The notes under the pieces were generated by a model. It saw only the letters and a program-made list of their open reading frames with translations. It had not been told where the DNA came from and ran no database searches. A DNA stretch of 64,000 nucleotides from positions 9,561 through 73,560 of IMG/VR virus record IMGVR_UViG_3300025870_000010, one strand, 5' to 3'. Positions 9,654 through 19,808 of the stretch are shown one piece after another; the stretch's first letter is position 1; each line of letters begins with the position of its first letter. A program made the position numbers and the translations under genes. This DNA is from a virus.

Positions 9654-10679
9654 CTACATTAATTCATCATCTAAGATACCTTCTTCTATGAATAAACCTT
9701 TGATTCCAGTAGGTAATTCTATATTTGCTTCTATTGGGTCACCGCATTTAGTACAGGGTTTCAGCATTTTTTCTTTTACCGAAATTGCAGCTAATTCAAC
9801 TAACTTAGTAAAAGTTAAGAATTTCTTTTCATTCCATCGTATGAATTCCATTCTATAATTAGACATATCATCAATTGAAAATCCTCTCCATTCTTCTACC
9901 ATATAGGGAACAGTTTTTAAGAAAGGTAGATATTCTTTAACATTTTCTTTGTTTTCTTGTAATGATTTGATATATTTATTTATTACTCTCATAATACCAA
10001 TTGTCGGTGGTCTCATATTGATGATACCATAAGTCTTGGTTTCTATGTCAAATCTTCTAGTATCATCGGAATAATACTTGGCAATCTTTTCGTTGAGTTC
10101 TCTCTTTTGAAAATTCTCATTGATAATTTCCATATCATTTTCTGTATTGCAAGATTCACATTTAGCTTTGAATGAGATTTTATTTTCTCCTTCTGCAAAT
10201 GTAAGTTGTCTAATACTTAAAATAAGACTTAAACGATCTTCTTCTAAGATATCTTTCCAGGATGCAACTTTACTAGGAAATGAAACCCTAACACAATTAC
10301 TAAGTAAATCTACTAATGCTTCATCAACTTCATATGGATTTTCTTCATCAAGTGCTGAAAAAGTTCTAATATCTTTAACCGTTGCCGATTTAATTCTTAC
10401 TTTAGTTCCTCTAGGATAGAATCTACCTTTAGATGGAAATTCAGTAACATCTACCGAAAAGAATCCATGTCTTAATTCTGTTTGTTCAACAGATTCTTTA
10501 GCATAATCAGCTCTTTCTATTTTACCTAATGATTTTATTTTAGGTTCTTCTTTAGGTGCCTCAGTTGCTGCATTTTCTAAATCAGATATACCTTGCTTTT
10601 CTTGTGAACTTTCTTTAGGTTGATTGTCCATTTCACGCAAAGCTCTTTCTTCTGGTGTTAAATCGTTGTTATCGCTCAT
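9654..10679 (-). CDS. Baseplate hub subunit (gp26-like)
   Basis: FPSKGRFY, DRLSLILSIR, CESC, MRPPTIG and a C-terminal CTKC...GIKGLF match the gp26-like architecture. Confidence 0.75.
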   Translation of the reverse strand: MSDNNDLTPEERALREMDNQPKESSQEKQGISDLENAATEAPKEEPKIKSLGKIERADYAKESVEQTELRHGFFSVDVTEFPSKGRFYPRGTKVRIKSATVKDIRTFSALDEENPYEVDEALVDLLSNCVRVSFPSKVASWKDILEEDRLSLILSIRQLTFAEGENKISFKAKCESCNTENDMEIINENFQKRELNEKIAKYYSDDTRRFDIETKTYGIINMRPPTIGIMRVINKYIKSLQENKENVKEYLPFLKTVPYMVEEWRGFSIDDMSNYRMEFIRWNEKKFLTFTKLVELAAISVKEKMLKPCTKCGDPIEANIELPTGIKGLFIEEGILDDELM

Positions 10680-10708
10680 ATTATAAAATTTAATGTATTT
10701 TATTTAAT

Positions 10709-11059
10709 CTAGGTATTAAAGTCTTTTTTAGTTACATTTAAAGTTTCTTCTGTACCTAAAACTCTTAATGTATATATATTACGGTCAGTATCTACACTTA
10801 CAATTTTACCGAATTTCTTCCGACCTCGTATATAACATACCATACCCTTTATTATTTGAGTATCATCAGAAACTAATTCCATATTTTCATCAAGTTCTAT
10901 TAAGTGTTCTAAAAAAGAATTTTGTGTTTGAACAATACTGATTAAGGTTTTTAAACATTCCTTTACGAATTCACTATCAATATCTTTATTCGTACAATTT
11001 TCTAAGTTTTGTAGTAACTTTTTAGTTGTATCAAAATATGTTATTTTTTTCTTATCCAT
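10709..11059 (-). CDS. Hypothetical protein with a C-terminal SH3/KOW-like segment
   Basis: 116-aa ORF in operon; IKGMVCYIRG..FGKIVSVD pattern. Confidence 0.55.
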   Translation of the reverse strand: MDKKKITYFDTTKKLLQNLENCTNKDIDSEFVKECLKTLISIVQTQNSFLEHLIELDENMELVSDDTQIIKGMVCYIRGRKKFGKIVSVDTDRNIYTLRVLGTEETLNVTKKDFNT

Positions 11060-11346
11060 TAATAAAATGTCATACTAAGACAGTTGTCTTCTATTGTTAA
11101 TTTATTTAATATCTTATCAAATCCGTTTATCTTTACATCTAGGTCTTTAACGCCGCTACTTCTGGTATAAATAGGAAATTCACTTTTAAGTAATTCTATT
11201 TTATTATCACCAAAGGTAAAAACTAAAATATCATTAGATGTTGATACTTCCTTTTCCATTTTCACTGTTAAGTCGTTGTAATTCATGCTCAGTGGATTCA
11301 ACGTTATTTGACATTCTTTTAATGTCAGTATTTCCTGCGTTTCCAT
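11059..11346 (-). CDS. Hypothetical protein
   Basis: Its stop overlaps the next ATG. The start is uncertain because it overlaps the GT2 3' end. Confidence 0.5.
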   Translation of the reverse strand: METQEILTLKECQITLNPLSMNYNDLTVKMEKEVSTSNDILVFTFGDNKIELLKSEFPIYTRSSGVKDLDVKINGFDKILNKLTIEDNCLSMTFY

Positions 11347-12463
11347 CGCTTTTTGCTTTTTTTAATGCGTATTTAAAATATTTTAATGCTTTTTCTTTTT
11401 GTCCAGTATAATATAACGAAACTCCGTACATATCATAAACTCCCCATTCATACATAAAAGGTTCTATGAACAATTCTCCTTTTAAACCTTCTTTAATGTA
11501 TTTCAATGCCAATTTTAAGTATATTAATGCATTTTTATGCATATTATTTGCCTGTAAAAATGATGTCATGTTGAATAGGTGTTCTACTCTATTTGTCATA
11601 TTAAATTCTTCACATTTAAGTAGATGCTGAAATATAAATTCTTGTGTGTTTATGTGATAACTCAATCGAGCAATCATCAATTGTGAATAATATATTTCTT
11701 CTATAAAATGTGTTTTTACTTTAGTTCTTTCTGTATAGTACTGAATTGATTTTCTACATAACTTTAAACCGTGTTCATCTTTTTCATCTTTTTGTAAAAG
11801 AATATTTGCAGCATCCCTATAAGATTGTGCTAAATAAAAAGTCCATCTTGGGTCTTTCCAGTCATTATCATCTTGATACTTTAAAAGAATTTCAGCGTGT
11901 CCTTCATATTTTTTAGAAACATCATCCATTTGCCAAGAATTTCCATCTGGGGTAATCAACATATGACCAAAATCAATTTTTACATTTTTAGAATGATTTT
12001 TTGATTGTAGAACTTCGTGTACTGGCCCATACCAATAATAATCATTATCGAACCTATAAAATTGCGCACGAGAATATCGCATACCACCATATTTACATGG
12101 TATAAGCATTTGGTCAGGTTTGTTTATCCCTATGAATTGGTTTAGTGTAGTTTTGTTAAATGTCTTATCTAAAACAAGTTGTTCATCTGCATCCATCCAA
12201 AATCCATATTGTCCTAAATCCTTTGCGTGTTCTATGCTTTGATTTCTACATTCTTCAAAGTTAGTGAACTCAAAATCTATTATCTTACCACCAATTCCTT
12301 TAGAATCGAAAAAAGTTTTTATGATTTCTTTTGTTTTGTCTGTTGATCCAGTATCTACTATGCAATAAGAATCAATCATTTTATAGCAAGAATTCAGAGC
12401 ACGTTCAATTACGTGCTCTTCATCTTTTACTATCATAGTTAATACTATTTTAGTTTCAGTCAT
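11234..12463 (-). CDS. GT2 glycosyltransferase with C-terminal TPR-like helices
   Basis: MIVKDEEHVI, VDTGSTD, RNQSI, MDADE (DxD) and GPVHE, followed by helical repeats (FYLAQSYRD). Confidence 0.88.
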   Translation of the reverse strand: MTETKIVLTMIVKDEEHVIERALNSCYKMIDSYCIVDTGSTDKTKEIIKTFFDSKGIGGKIIDFEFTNFEECRNQSIEHAKDLGQYGFWMDADEQLVLDKTFNKTTLNQFIGINKPDQMLIPCKYGGMRYSRAQFYRFDNDYYWYGPVHEVLQSKNHSKNVKIDFGHMLITPDGNSWQMDDVSKKYEGHAEILLKYQDDNDWKDPRWTFYLAQSYRDAANILLQKDEKDEHGLKLCRKSIQYYTERTKVKTHFIEEIYYSQLMIARLSYHINTQEFIFQHLLKCEEFNMTNRVEHLFNMTSFLQANNMHKNALIYLKLALKYIKEGLKGELFIEPFMYEWGVYDMYGVSLYYTGQKEKALKYFKYALKKAKSDGNAGNTDIKRMSNNVESTEHELQRLNSENGKGSINI

Positions 12464-12466
12464 CTA

Positions 12467-12700
12467 CTAATCTTTAGTAGGTTCTAAAATAACTTCAGTT
12501 GGTTCCGTTGTTGGTTCCGAAGGTGCTTGTTCTTGCTCTTTTGCATAAGCATTTAAGAGTTTAAGAGATTGAGAAATGTAATCTAAATCTTCCCATTCGA
12601 AAATTCCAGCTCTTCTACCTTGTTCTGCAGCCTGCATAAGTACAGAAATTGCCTGATTTAAATTTGAAACAGTTCCTGCTTCTTGTTTTGCTTCACTCAT
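12467..12700 (-). CDS. Hypothetical protein
   Basis: 77-aa ORF tightly packed in the operon. Confidence 0.6.
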   Translation of the reverse strand: MSEAKQEAGTVSNLNQAISVLMQAAEQGRRAGIFEWEDLDYISQSLKLLNAYAKEQEQAPSEPTTEPTEVILEPTKD

Positions 12701-12732
12701 TTGTATATGTATTAAAAATTAAAAATTAAAAA

Positions 12733-13797
12733 TTAAATCGCAAACATTATGTTTACATCTAGATTATTTACTTTCGCTGTAATCTTACCTTTAAAGGTTT
12801 TAGATTCCATTATAAATAAACTATTCAACTTAAACGTTACGGGCATATTAGTATCTAATTCAGATACCGTTCCTGTAAAGGAATTTATATTGGTGCTCGT
12901 GTACCCTATTGCCGATGGCATTGAAATATTACTATTGTTATAAATATAGTTTGTTTCGGACCACTCTATTAGTTCAATGATATTATAAGCCGTTTTATTT
13001 TTTACAATGTCACTTATTTTCTTATCTAATTTAACAATAACCCATTTTCCGAGCGTATCATTAAAAATAAACAAGATATATTCATTATCTAATTTTGTAT
13101 ATGCGTAATAGTCTAACTTACATTTATATTCATTATCTGCAGCACTTGACTTAATTATCAAGTTATTGTTTTCAAGATATCCAGTAAAAGAATAGTTATA
13201 TACTCCTTTTGCTACTGCTGTTGCGCCACCAACGACACAAGTTCCGGTTGCCCCTGTTATTCCTATTGCAGCTGATGTTGCTCCTGTTCCACCACAACTG
13301 GCAACATCTATGCAAGTACAACCAGCCCATCCAGTAACTCCGGCTGCTGTTGGTCCGTGTGAACAATCGAATAATAGTGCATTATCAGAAAAAATAGTTT
13401 TAGTATCAAGAGCGTATGTTGTATATTGATCCATTTCAAAATCTAATAATACTTCTGATGTAGATGTAGAACCGGCATTACAACCACAATTACTTGCCAA
13501 TGAATTATTTGCCGGCAAACAAGCACTCGTTAAATCAATAGAACTATCCGTTGCTTTAATTGTACTACCAGTACTCGTATTACTATTCCTTGCCCTAACA
13601 GCAATAAATTTATAAGGGGTAGTTATTGCAATTTCATCGCCTTTATTCAATAGACCGTTCCAAGTTGTCCAATTAGTAACACTTGGTAAATAATCCTTTA
13701 AAGTTAATCTTAAATCACTTGCAACAGTATCTCCATTGGACACTATACTAGGTCCATTTTCGTCTATTTTTATTATGCATTTTTTAGTACTTGACAT
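12733..13797 (-). CDS. Hypothetical protein with a Cys/Gly/Thr-rich centre, possibly structural
   Basis: Several Cys residues plus low-complexity GGTGATSAAIGITGATG sequence. Confidence 0.55.
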   Translation of the reverse strand: MSSTKKCIIKIDENGPSIVSNGDTVASDLRLTLKDYLPSVTNWTTWNGLLNKGDEIAITTPYKFIAVRARNSNTSTGSTIKATDSSIDLTSACLPANNSLASNCGCNAGSTSTSEVLLDFEMDQYTTYALDTKTIFSDNALLFDCSHGPTAAGVTGWAGCTCIDVASCGGTGATSAAIGITGATGTCVVGGATAVAKGVYNYSFTGYLENNNLIIKSSAADNEYKCKLDYYAYTKLDNEYILFIFNDTLGKWVIVKLDKKISDIVKNKTAYNIIELIEWSETNYIYNNSNISMPSAIGYTSTNINSFTGTVSELDTNMPVTFKLNSLFIMESKTFKGKITAKVNNLDVNIMFAI

Positions 13798-13807
13798 TTA
13801 ACTTATA

Positions 13808-14446
13808 TTATTTTTCTCCTATTGAATTAACAACTTTTTCAGCGTCATCAATAACATCTTCTAATTTACTGTGATTCTTCTTATTATTTAATTCATCAGA
13901 ATTTCTCTTTTTTCTAAAGGATTGTAATATAACATCGGACTTTTCAGCATTCGTATGAATTTCTGTATCTTCGGTTGCGTTATTCGTATGAATTTCTGTA
14001 TCCTCCGTTACAGGAACTTCTTCTTTAGGTGCAAGATAGTCCATTAATGATTTAATGAATCCTAACGAAACTAAAGGTAAGATACCACCACTAATAAAAG
14101 AAAAAACTCTTTTTGTAAAATCTGGGTCCTCATCAACCAGATCGAAAAGTTTTGCCCATTCAGAAATGTTACCACTATGTGACCATGCCCAATACATATT
14201 TCCGTGTATTTGAAATGTTGTTAGTAATATGAACAGAATCCAAATAAGAGTTTTGTTTCCTTTAGAAATGATAATACCACCTAATGATGCCATTGCTCCT
14301 ATTTCAAATCCGATTGCTAAACACCAGGATAAAAACAAATTGTTTGACAATTCAAAGAATTCTATACTGTGTATTGTACTTACGGTACTAACAAGTACCC
14401 ATAAACTAATAAAAGTTCCTATCCAAAATTTTTCTTTAATGTTCAT
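13808..14446 (-). CDS. Membrane protein with about four TM helices
   Basis: Hydrophobic N-terminal 135 aa and a charged C-terminal tail. Confidence 0.65.
   Translation of the reverse strand: MNIKEKFWIGTFISLWVLVSTVSTIHSIEFFELSNNLFLSWCLAIGFEIGAMASLGGIIISKGNKTLIWILFILLTTFQIHGNMYWAWSHSGNISEWAKLFDLVDEDPDFTKRVFSFISGGILPLVSLGFIKSLMDYLAPKEEVPVTEDTEIHTNNATEDTEIHTNAEKSDVILQSFRKKRNSDELNNKKNHSKLEDVIDDAEKVVNSIGEK
13949..14009. repeat. In-frame direct repeat, 33-bp period, two copies (TEDTEIHTN)
   Basis: attcgtatgaatttctgtatc at 13949 and 13982. Confidence 0.85.
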
Positions 14447-14448
14447 AT

Positions 14449-14892
14449 CTATACTTTAGTAGTTTCCAGCATTTTGGAAAACTTCTTTAGATATTTAATC
14501 AAATCTTTTTCGTAATATTTAAGTAAAACATCAAATTCCTTTGTTCCTATTTTACTTATTTGCATAAAACTTTTAGAAACTTCTTTATCAACTTTACTTT
14601 TTGCTTTTTTCTTTGCTCCTGCCATTGAAACTCTTAGAACTCTCCTGATATATGCCAGCATTTTCATACCTTGACCGGACTTATTCATATCAAGAAATGC
14701 TTGATTCCAAAAATCAACCGTACTTTCGGGACAAACTCGCATATGTGTCATATTGAATGAAACTTCGGGCAAAGCCCTGGATAACATTCTATTAACAATG
14801 AAGGCATGTCTTTTTTTATCCATATTAGAAATGTCGGCAAATTGTTCTTTTCCTAATTGTCCTATTATATCAAACGGTGATTTTACTATCAT
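14449..14892 (-). CDS. Clamp loader small subunit (gp62-like)
   Basis: AFIVNRMLS and VDFW, then a basic AKK segment, resemble gp62. It lies near the gp44-like gene. Confidence 0.55.
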   Translation of the reverse strand: MIVKSPFDIIGQLGKEQFADISNMDKKRHAFIVNRMLSRALPEVSFNMTHMRVCPESTVDFWNQAFLDMNKSGQGMKMLAYIRRVLRVSMAGAKKKAKSKVDKEVSKSFMQISKIGTKEFDVLLKYYEKDLIKYLKKFSKMLETTKV

Positions 14893-16082
14893 AATCCTAA
14901 TTCTTTAAAGATACTTGCACTACTTGAATTGTCGTGTGCTTTCTTGTCATATAGTTTCATAGACATTAAAAGCTGTTTATAGTTAAATTGTTTTTGTACT
15001 TCGCATTTTTTCTTTTTATAAGTTTCTTCTGACCAATTAAAAATATCATTGTACAAATAAGATGGGATAGTATCCTTGTGTAACAATACAAGATTTATAT
15101 TAACATCTACATTATTTTCAACATCTTCAATAGAGTACTTGTTTTGAGATTTAAAATTTCTAATAGCAGAACTTGCTAGTTTTCTTTTGAAATCAGTACG
15201 AAACAAATCTTCCACATTGAATTTAGAAAAATCAATTTCTTTCTTTATGTTTTTTATAGTTGCGTCCGCAATCCCTGTGTTAAACCATTGGCCAGCTTTT
15301 TTGGCCTTGGGTCCATATTGTCTAGCTTCACTTATAATAGGAACTATATTATCAGATACATCACCACCTAAAACCTTTTCAATAACTATTTCGAATGGAT
15401 CAACTACTGATAACTTAGAACTTGTATTATTAACTACTGAACGAAGACAATCAACGGCATAAGTCTTTTGATTTTCTTTTAAGTACAATGCAGTATCTCT
15501 ATCAATCCAAATTTTTCTATTTTGTTTTTGATATTGAATAGTAAACGTATTTTTACTTTTATCAAATCCTACACATTGCTTTAAATCCCCATCACCAGAA
15601 TAAATTATCGTACTTTTACCTTGTGTATTCAAGTAGCTACAATGTACAAAAATTAAATCATCAGCTTCACAACCTGGAATTGCCTTAAAGTTTAGATTAC
15701 AACTAATTGCCAATCCTTTAACAAATGAATCAAACACATTAAAGATACTAGAAAAATCAATACCTTTATCTTTCTTTCTATTACCTTTATATGATAATCC
15801 GGTTTGAATTCCTTTATAATCTTTAGTAAGATACAAATCTTTTCTCCAAGAATTAGAATCATCTATTGTAAATATAACATCATCTATGATTGGACCCAAA
15901 CTTCTAATATCCTTTGCATAAATCTGCGCTAACTTTTCTAATAAAAAGTTAGTATCCTTTCTAAGAGTTTCTTCGTTGTTACCTTTCAAGAACATTTCAT
16001 TATTCTTAGAAAACAATTTCATAACACTTAGTGTAGAATATAATAGGTAATTCCCATCAATTACTAGAGTAAATTTATTCAT
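14889..16082 (-). CDS. rnh: 5'-3' exonuclease / T4 RNase H-like flap nuclease
   Basis: LVIDGN, SWRK, YKGNRK, EADDLI, SGDGDLKQ and GGDVSDNI. The likely start is MNKFTL at 16082. Confidence 0.9.
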   Translation of the reverse strand: MNKFTLVIDGNYLLYSTLSVMKLFSKNNEMFLKGNNEETLRKDTNFLLEKLAQIYAKDIRSLGPIIDDVIFTIDDSNSWRKDLYLTKDYKGIQTGLSYKGNRKKDKGIDFSSIFNVFDSFVKGLAISCNLNFKAIPGCEADDLIFVHCSYLNTQGKSTIIYSGDGDLKQCVGFDKSKNTFTIQYQKQNRKIWIDRDTALYLKENQKTYAVDCLRSVVNNTSSKLSVVDPFEIVIEKVLGGDVSDNIVPIISEARQYGPKAKKAGQWFNTGIADATIKNIKKEIDFSKFNVEDLFRTDFKRKLASSAIRNFKSQNKYSIEDVENNVDVNINLVLLHKDTIPSYLYNDIFNWSEETYKKKKCEVQKQFNYKQLLMSMKLYDKKAHDNSSSASIFKELGL

Positions 16083-17028
16083 TGACAATTTTTTTAATTT
16101 TTTGTAAACAAGCCGATAAGGTAACAAATTTATCAATTACGAAATTAGATTTATATGTGTAGTCGGCAACCTCTACAATTATACTTCCTATTTTATTTGA
16201 TTCAGCACCTTTATTAATCAAAAAATCAATAAAATCTTTTCCTAGCGATGCAAACACGTTGTCTTCGTTGTTTACATAGTTTTTGTATGCAAAGGTATAA
16301 AGGTCTATAAAAGATTCACCAGAATTGATTAGGTGCTCGAATAACTCTTTATTTTCACCAGTAAATGATTTTAAATCTTCTAAGGTAATAGTTTTCTTAC
16401 CTTCTTCGTACATTCCTTGTAAAAAAGTAATTGTGCTTCTTAAATCTGGGAAATGTTTTTTAACGATTGCACCCATAACTTTAGGTTCAACAGTCATTCC
16501 TTCTTTTTTACATATTTGATTGAAACGAATTAGATATTTTTTCATCAAATCTCGCTCTTCTTCTTTTGGAAAGTCAAAGTTTATTACATCAAACCTTGAT
16601 TGAATATTGTCAGGTATTTTTTGAATGTAATTACAAGTTGCAATAAATCTAGTTGTACCGGCAAATGTTTCAATTACAGCTCTCATTGCTTTCATATATT
16701 GCTCAGATACTCCATCGAACTCATCTAATAGTACAACCTTTTGCGCTTTCTTTCCGTGCAATATTGAAATATTCGAACAGAATTCTGTTATTTTAGTTCT
16801 AACACTATCAACACTTGTATCAAGTGAACAGTTGATTTCTAAACTAACAGCATCTTTAGAAATAATTTTACCTAAACTAGTTTTACCTAATCCTGGACTA
16901 CCGTGTAATAAAACGTGATTGTTTAATTTACCTCCTTCGAACTTTTTATAAACTCTTTCCGGAATAATTAAGTCATCTAATGTTGCTGGGCGGTACTTTT
17001 CTACCCAAATGTTGTTTTTTATACTCAT
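16075..17028 (-). CDS. Clamp loader AAA+ subunit (gp44/RFC-like)
   Basis: WVEKYRP, GSPGLGKTS, LLDEFD, FIATCNY, IQSRF and FPDLR. Confidence 0.93.
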   Translation of the reverse strand: MSIKNNIWVEKYRPATLDDLIIPERVYKKFEGGKLNNHVLLHGSPGLGKTSLGKIISKDAVSLEINCSLDTSVDSVRTKITEFCSNISILHGKKAQKVVLLDEFDGVSEQYMKAMRAVIETFAGTTRFIATCNYIQKIPDNIQSRFDVINFDFPKEEERDLMKKYLIRFNQICKKEGMTVEPKVMGAIVKKHFPDLRSTITFLQGMYEEGKKTITLEDLKSFTGENKELFEHLINSGESFIDLYTFAYKNYVNNEDNVFASLGKDFIDFLINKGAESNKIGSIIVEVADYTYKSNFVIDKFVTLSACLQKIKKIVNE

Positions 17029-17075
17029 ATTAAATATTTTATATCATAAAGATTATACACTAATTAAAAACAAAA

Positions 17076-17734
17076 TGGCATCGAAATATTTTATAGATAC
17101 GCAAAAAATTACAATAAACGATAAAAACTACGTACCTAATGTATTTCCAAATACTTGGTTTGTGCAAGAACCTATTGATATAGAACACAAACATTGGAAA
17201 TTACTTGCATATCTAAAAAGAATTGATAATAATGTAAATAGAGGATTTTTGTTTCAAGAATACGAAACATTAGAAAAAAGATACAAAGATTTAGAATCTT
17301 TCATATCTACCTACGAAATAGTAAACAAAGACAAACAAAGTGAAAAACTTTTTGATTATATTTATGAACTAGATGGTACAACCCCAAAAATAAAAGAGTT
17401 AGATGTTATCGTAGAAAGAAGTGTAGAAAAACTTAGAGCTAAGTATTTTGAATTGCAAGTTGTTATAACATTTCTTAAAGACAATATAAAAATTGTTCGT
17501 AAAGAAATTAGAGATCGAAGAAAGAATTTACATATGTACATAGAGATGTGCAATTGTTCTATTATTGAACACTATATTATATCAAAAAAAGGAATTGTAG
17601 AATATCAAGGTTCTTTTCATTCTGAATTAAAATATGTAGAAGATGAAATAAACAATGTTATTGAGGTCAAAACAGATATGGCATTAAATTCTAAGGGTAT
17701 TATAATTCCTTATGTACTTAAACTTATGTTATAA
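17076..17734 (+). CDS. Hypothetical protein
   Basis: Long ORF opposite its neighbours. The probable start is MASKYF at 17076, downstream of ATTAAATA at 17029-17036. Confidence 0.6.
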
Positions 17735-18365
17735 TAGAGTTATATACCTTTTCAATATTTCTTAATTTAGCTGTATAGCTGGTTTTTAATCCTTTATCAA
17801 CAGATTTGTCCGTATCGTAAAGTGATTTCTCTCGTCTTATGAGTTTAGAAAACATTTTTCTTTGATGTTCTTTGTTGATTATGTAAAAATCTTGTTTGAA
17901 TTTAGAAAATTCGTGGTCGTGCAGTCTTTTATCGAATATTCCTTTTTTATTGATATAATGATCTTCAATACATTTTCCACAAAGAACATTTTTTAATTTA
18001 AAATCTCCTAAAAAAGAAATTGTAGGTTCGTTGCATCTTATACATTTATATTCGATAGTATTTGCAGTCCAATAGTATTCGTCTTTAGATAGTACTATAT
18101 TTGCATCTATTAATGGTATATAACTAGGATAAAAAGGGAATAACCGCTTTGGTTGATTCCCTGTAATTTTGTTTATAAAAAATTTATCCTTTTGAATTAA
18201 CATATTACAAAACAAATCGTCATCAAAGTATTTTCTTGCAAATTTATTATTTACAAATACTTTTTTTTCTTGAAAAGTTGCTTTATCTAATAATATTCTT
18301 TGATATAGTCTATCAGAACTAAATCCTTTTCTTACAGTCTTTCTCCTATTAAGTTTTCTAAGCAT
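17724..18365 (-). CDS. Hypothetical protein with a CxxC...CxxC zinc finger
   Basis: CIRC and CGKC in a basic protein. Confidence 0.55.
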   Translation of the reverse strand: MLRKLNRRKTVRKGFSSDRLYQRILLDKATFQEKKVFVNNKFARKYFDDDLFCNMLIQKDKFFINKITGNQPKRLFPFYPSYIPLIDANIVLSKDEYYWTANTIEYKCIRCNEPTISFLGDFKLKNVLCGKCIEDHYINKKGIFDKRLHDHEFSKFKQDFYIINKEHQRKMFSKLIRREKSLYDTDKSVDKGLKTSYTAKLRNIEKVYNSIIT

Positions 18366-19726
18366 TTAATTTCTTCGTTAAGTGATTGTAAATCATAGAA
18401 AAATGATAATGGTAATGTGTTGTTTTCTTTTAATTGTTTTTCTAATTTGACAATCTTAGAATCTATATTAACAATACCTTTTTTAAATCCTTCTTTCTTT
18501 TCTGGGTTTTTAATACTATCTTTTCTTAGGTTATTCTTTTTTGTTGTTAGGTCATCTATTTGTTTTTTAATCTTTTCGTTCTTTTTATCTTTTATTTCAG
18601 CTTCTGCGTTTGCTTTGGCAGCTTCCGCTTCAATTTTTTCAGTATCAGCTTTTGTTTTTTCAGTTTCGGCCTTTACGGTTTCTGTATCGGTTTCAATCTT
18701 TTCGGCTTTTGTTTCTTCTGGTGTATCTGTCTTTTCTTCTGTTTCTGTTCCTGTTCCAGCAGTTGCACCTTTTTCCTCCGTTTCTGCATCTTCAGTTTCA
18801 TCGTTTTGATTTGATGCTTCCTCTTCGTCTTTCTTTTTCTTTGCGTCTTCTTTATCTTTTTCTATTGCTTCTTTTTCTGCCGTTTCTGCTGCTTTTAATT
18901 TTTCTTCCCTTGCAGTTTTTTGTTCTGGGGTTTCATTTTCAGGAGCAACTTTTAGTTCTTTTACCTTTTCGGTTGCATTTTTCGTAGCATCGGATGGTTC
19001 AGGGTTATCAGTAGTTTCTTCGTTTTCGGTTTCTTCAGTTGAATTTTTGTTTTTTGCTTCTTGTGCCAATCTTTCTTCTTCTTTTTTCTTGGCTTCTTCA
19101 TCAGCTTTTTTAATATCGTCTTCTAAAGTACTTTGGTCTCTTTTTATCTGTTCAACATCATCTACATAACCTTTGAGTTTTGCTAAACTAACATCGGCTT
19201 TTTTACCCATCAAAAAAAGTTTTATTTTGTATGCGTTTTCGGCAAAGGCATCTACTTTTTGTAGAATCTTTGAATCCCTTTTTAAATCATCTAGTTGTTT
19301 TTTGATTTGGTCTAAAGATTTTACTTGTGCTTCGTATTTAGATAATTCAGTTTTTCTGAATTTACTTCGTTTATCTCTATCTAAATTATCAATTTTATTA
19401 GATGCTGCAACGTAACTTTTTGCGGCTTTTTCAAGACCTTTGTAATATTTTCTTATATTCTTTTTACCTCTTAAAAAATTAATAACATTTTTTACAAGTT
19501 CTTCGTTTAAAACGTGCATTGATAATTCTTCTGCTTCTAAAATTAATTCAAAGGTTTGTGATTCAAATATTTGAGATTCACTAATTCCATCTCCCATTCC
19601 TACATTTAATATATACATATAAGTAGCAACAAATGCTTTCCTTTGTTCTTCTGATAAATGATTTAGATACGCTTGTAAAAAATTAGTATCTTGATTTGTT
19701 AAATTCGTATTTTGCATTATTTCCAT
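18332..19726 (-). CDS. Highly charged coiled-coil putative head/core protein
   Basis: Rich in E/K/T/A, directly downstream of the major capsid gene with a late motif at 19746-19754. Several [ILV]xE sites (IFES, ILEA, LNEE). Confidence 0.6.
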   Translation of the reverse strand: MEIMQNTNLTNQDTNFLQAYLNHLSEEQRKAFVATYMYILNVGMGDGISESQIFESQTFELILEAEELSMHVLNEELVKNVINFLRGKKNIRKYYKGLEKAAKSYVAASNKIDNLDRDKRSKFRKTELSKYEAQVKSLDQIKKQLDDLKRDSKILQKVDAFAENAYKIKLFLMGKKADVSLAKLKGYVDDVEQIKRDQSTLEDDIKKADEEAKKKEEERLAQEAKNKNSTEETENEETTDNPEPSDATKNATEKVKELKVAPENETPEQKTAREEKLKAAETAEKEAIEKDKEDAKKKKDEEEASNQNDETEDAETEEKGATAGTGTETEEKTDTPEETKAEKIETDTETVKAETEKTKADTEKIEAEAAKANAEAEIKDKKNEKIKKQIDDLTTKKNNLRKDSIKNPEKKEGFKKGIVNIDSKIVKLEKQLKENNTLPLSFFYDLQSLNEEIKCLENLIGERL

Positions 19727-19756
19727 TTGACAATATTTCTTTTAATATTTAATCAT

Positions 19757-19787
19757 AAAAAAAGGGAACCAAAAATGATTCCCTTTT
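19757..19787 (-). terminator. Intrinsic terminator after the major capsid gene
   Basis: AAGGGAA/TTCCCTT stem plus T-tract. Confidence 0.75.
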
Positions 19788-19808
19788 AATATTAATATAG
19801 TTAGACTA

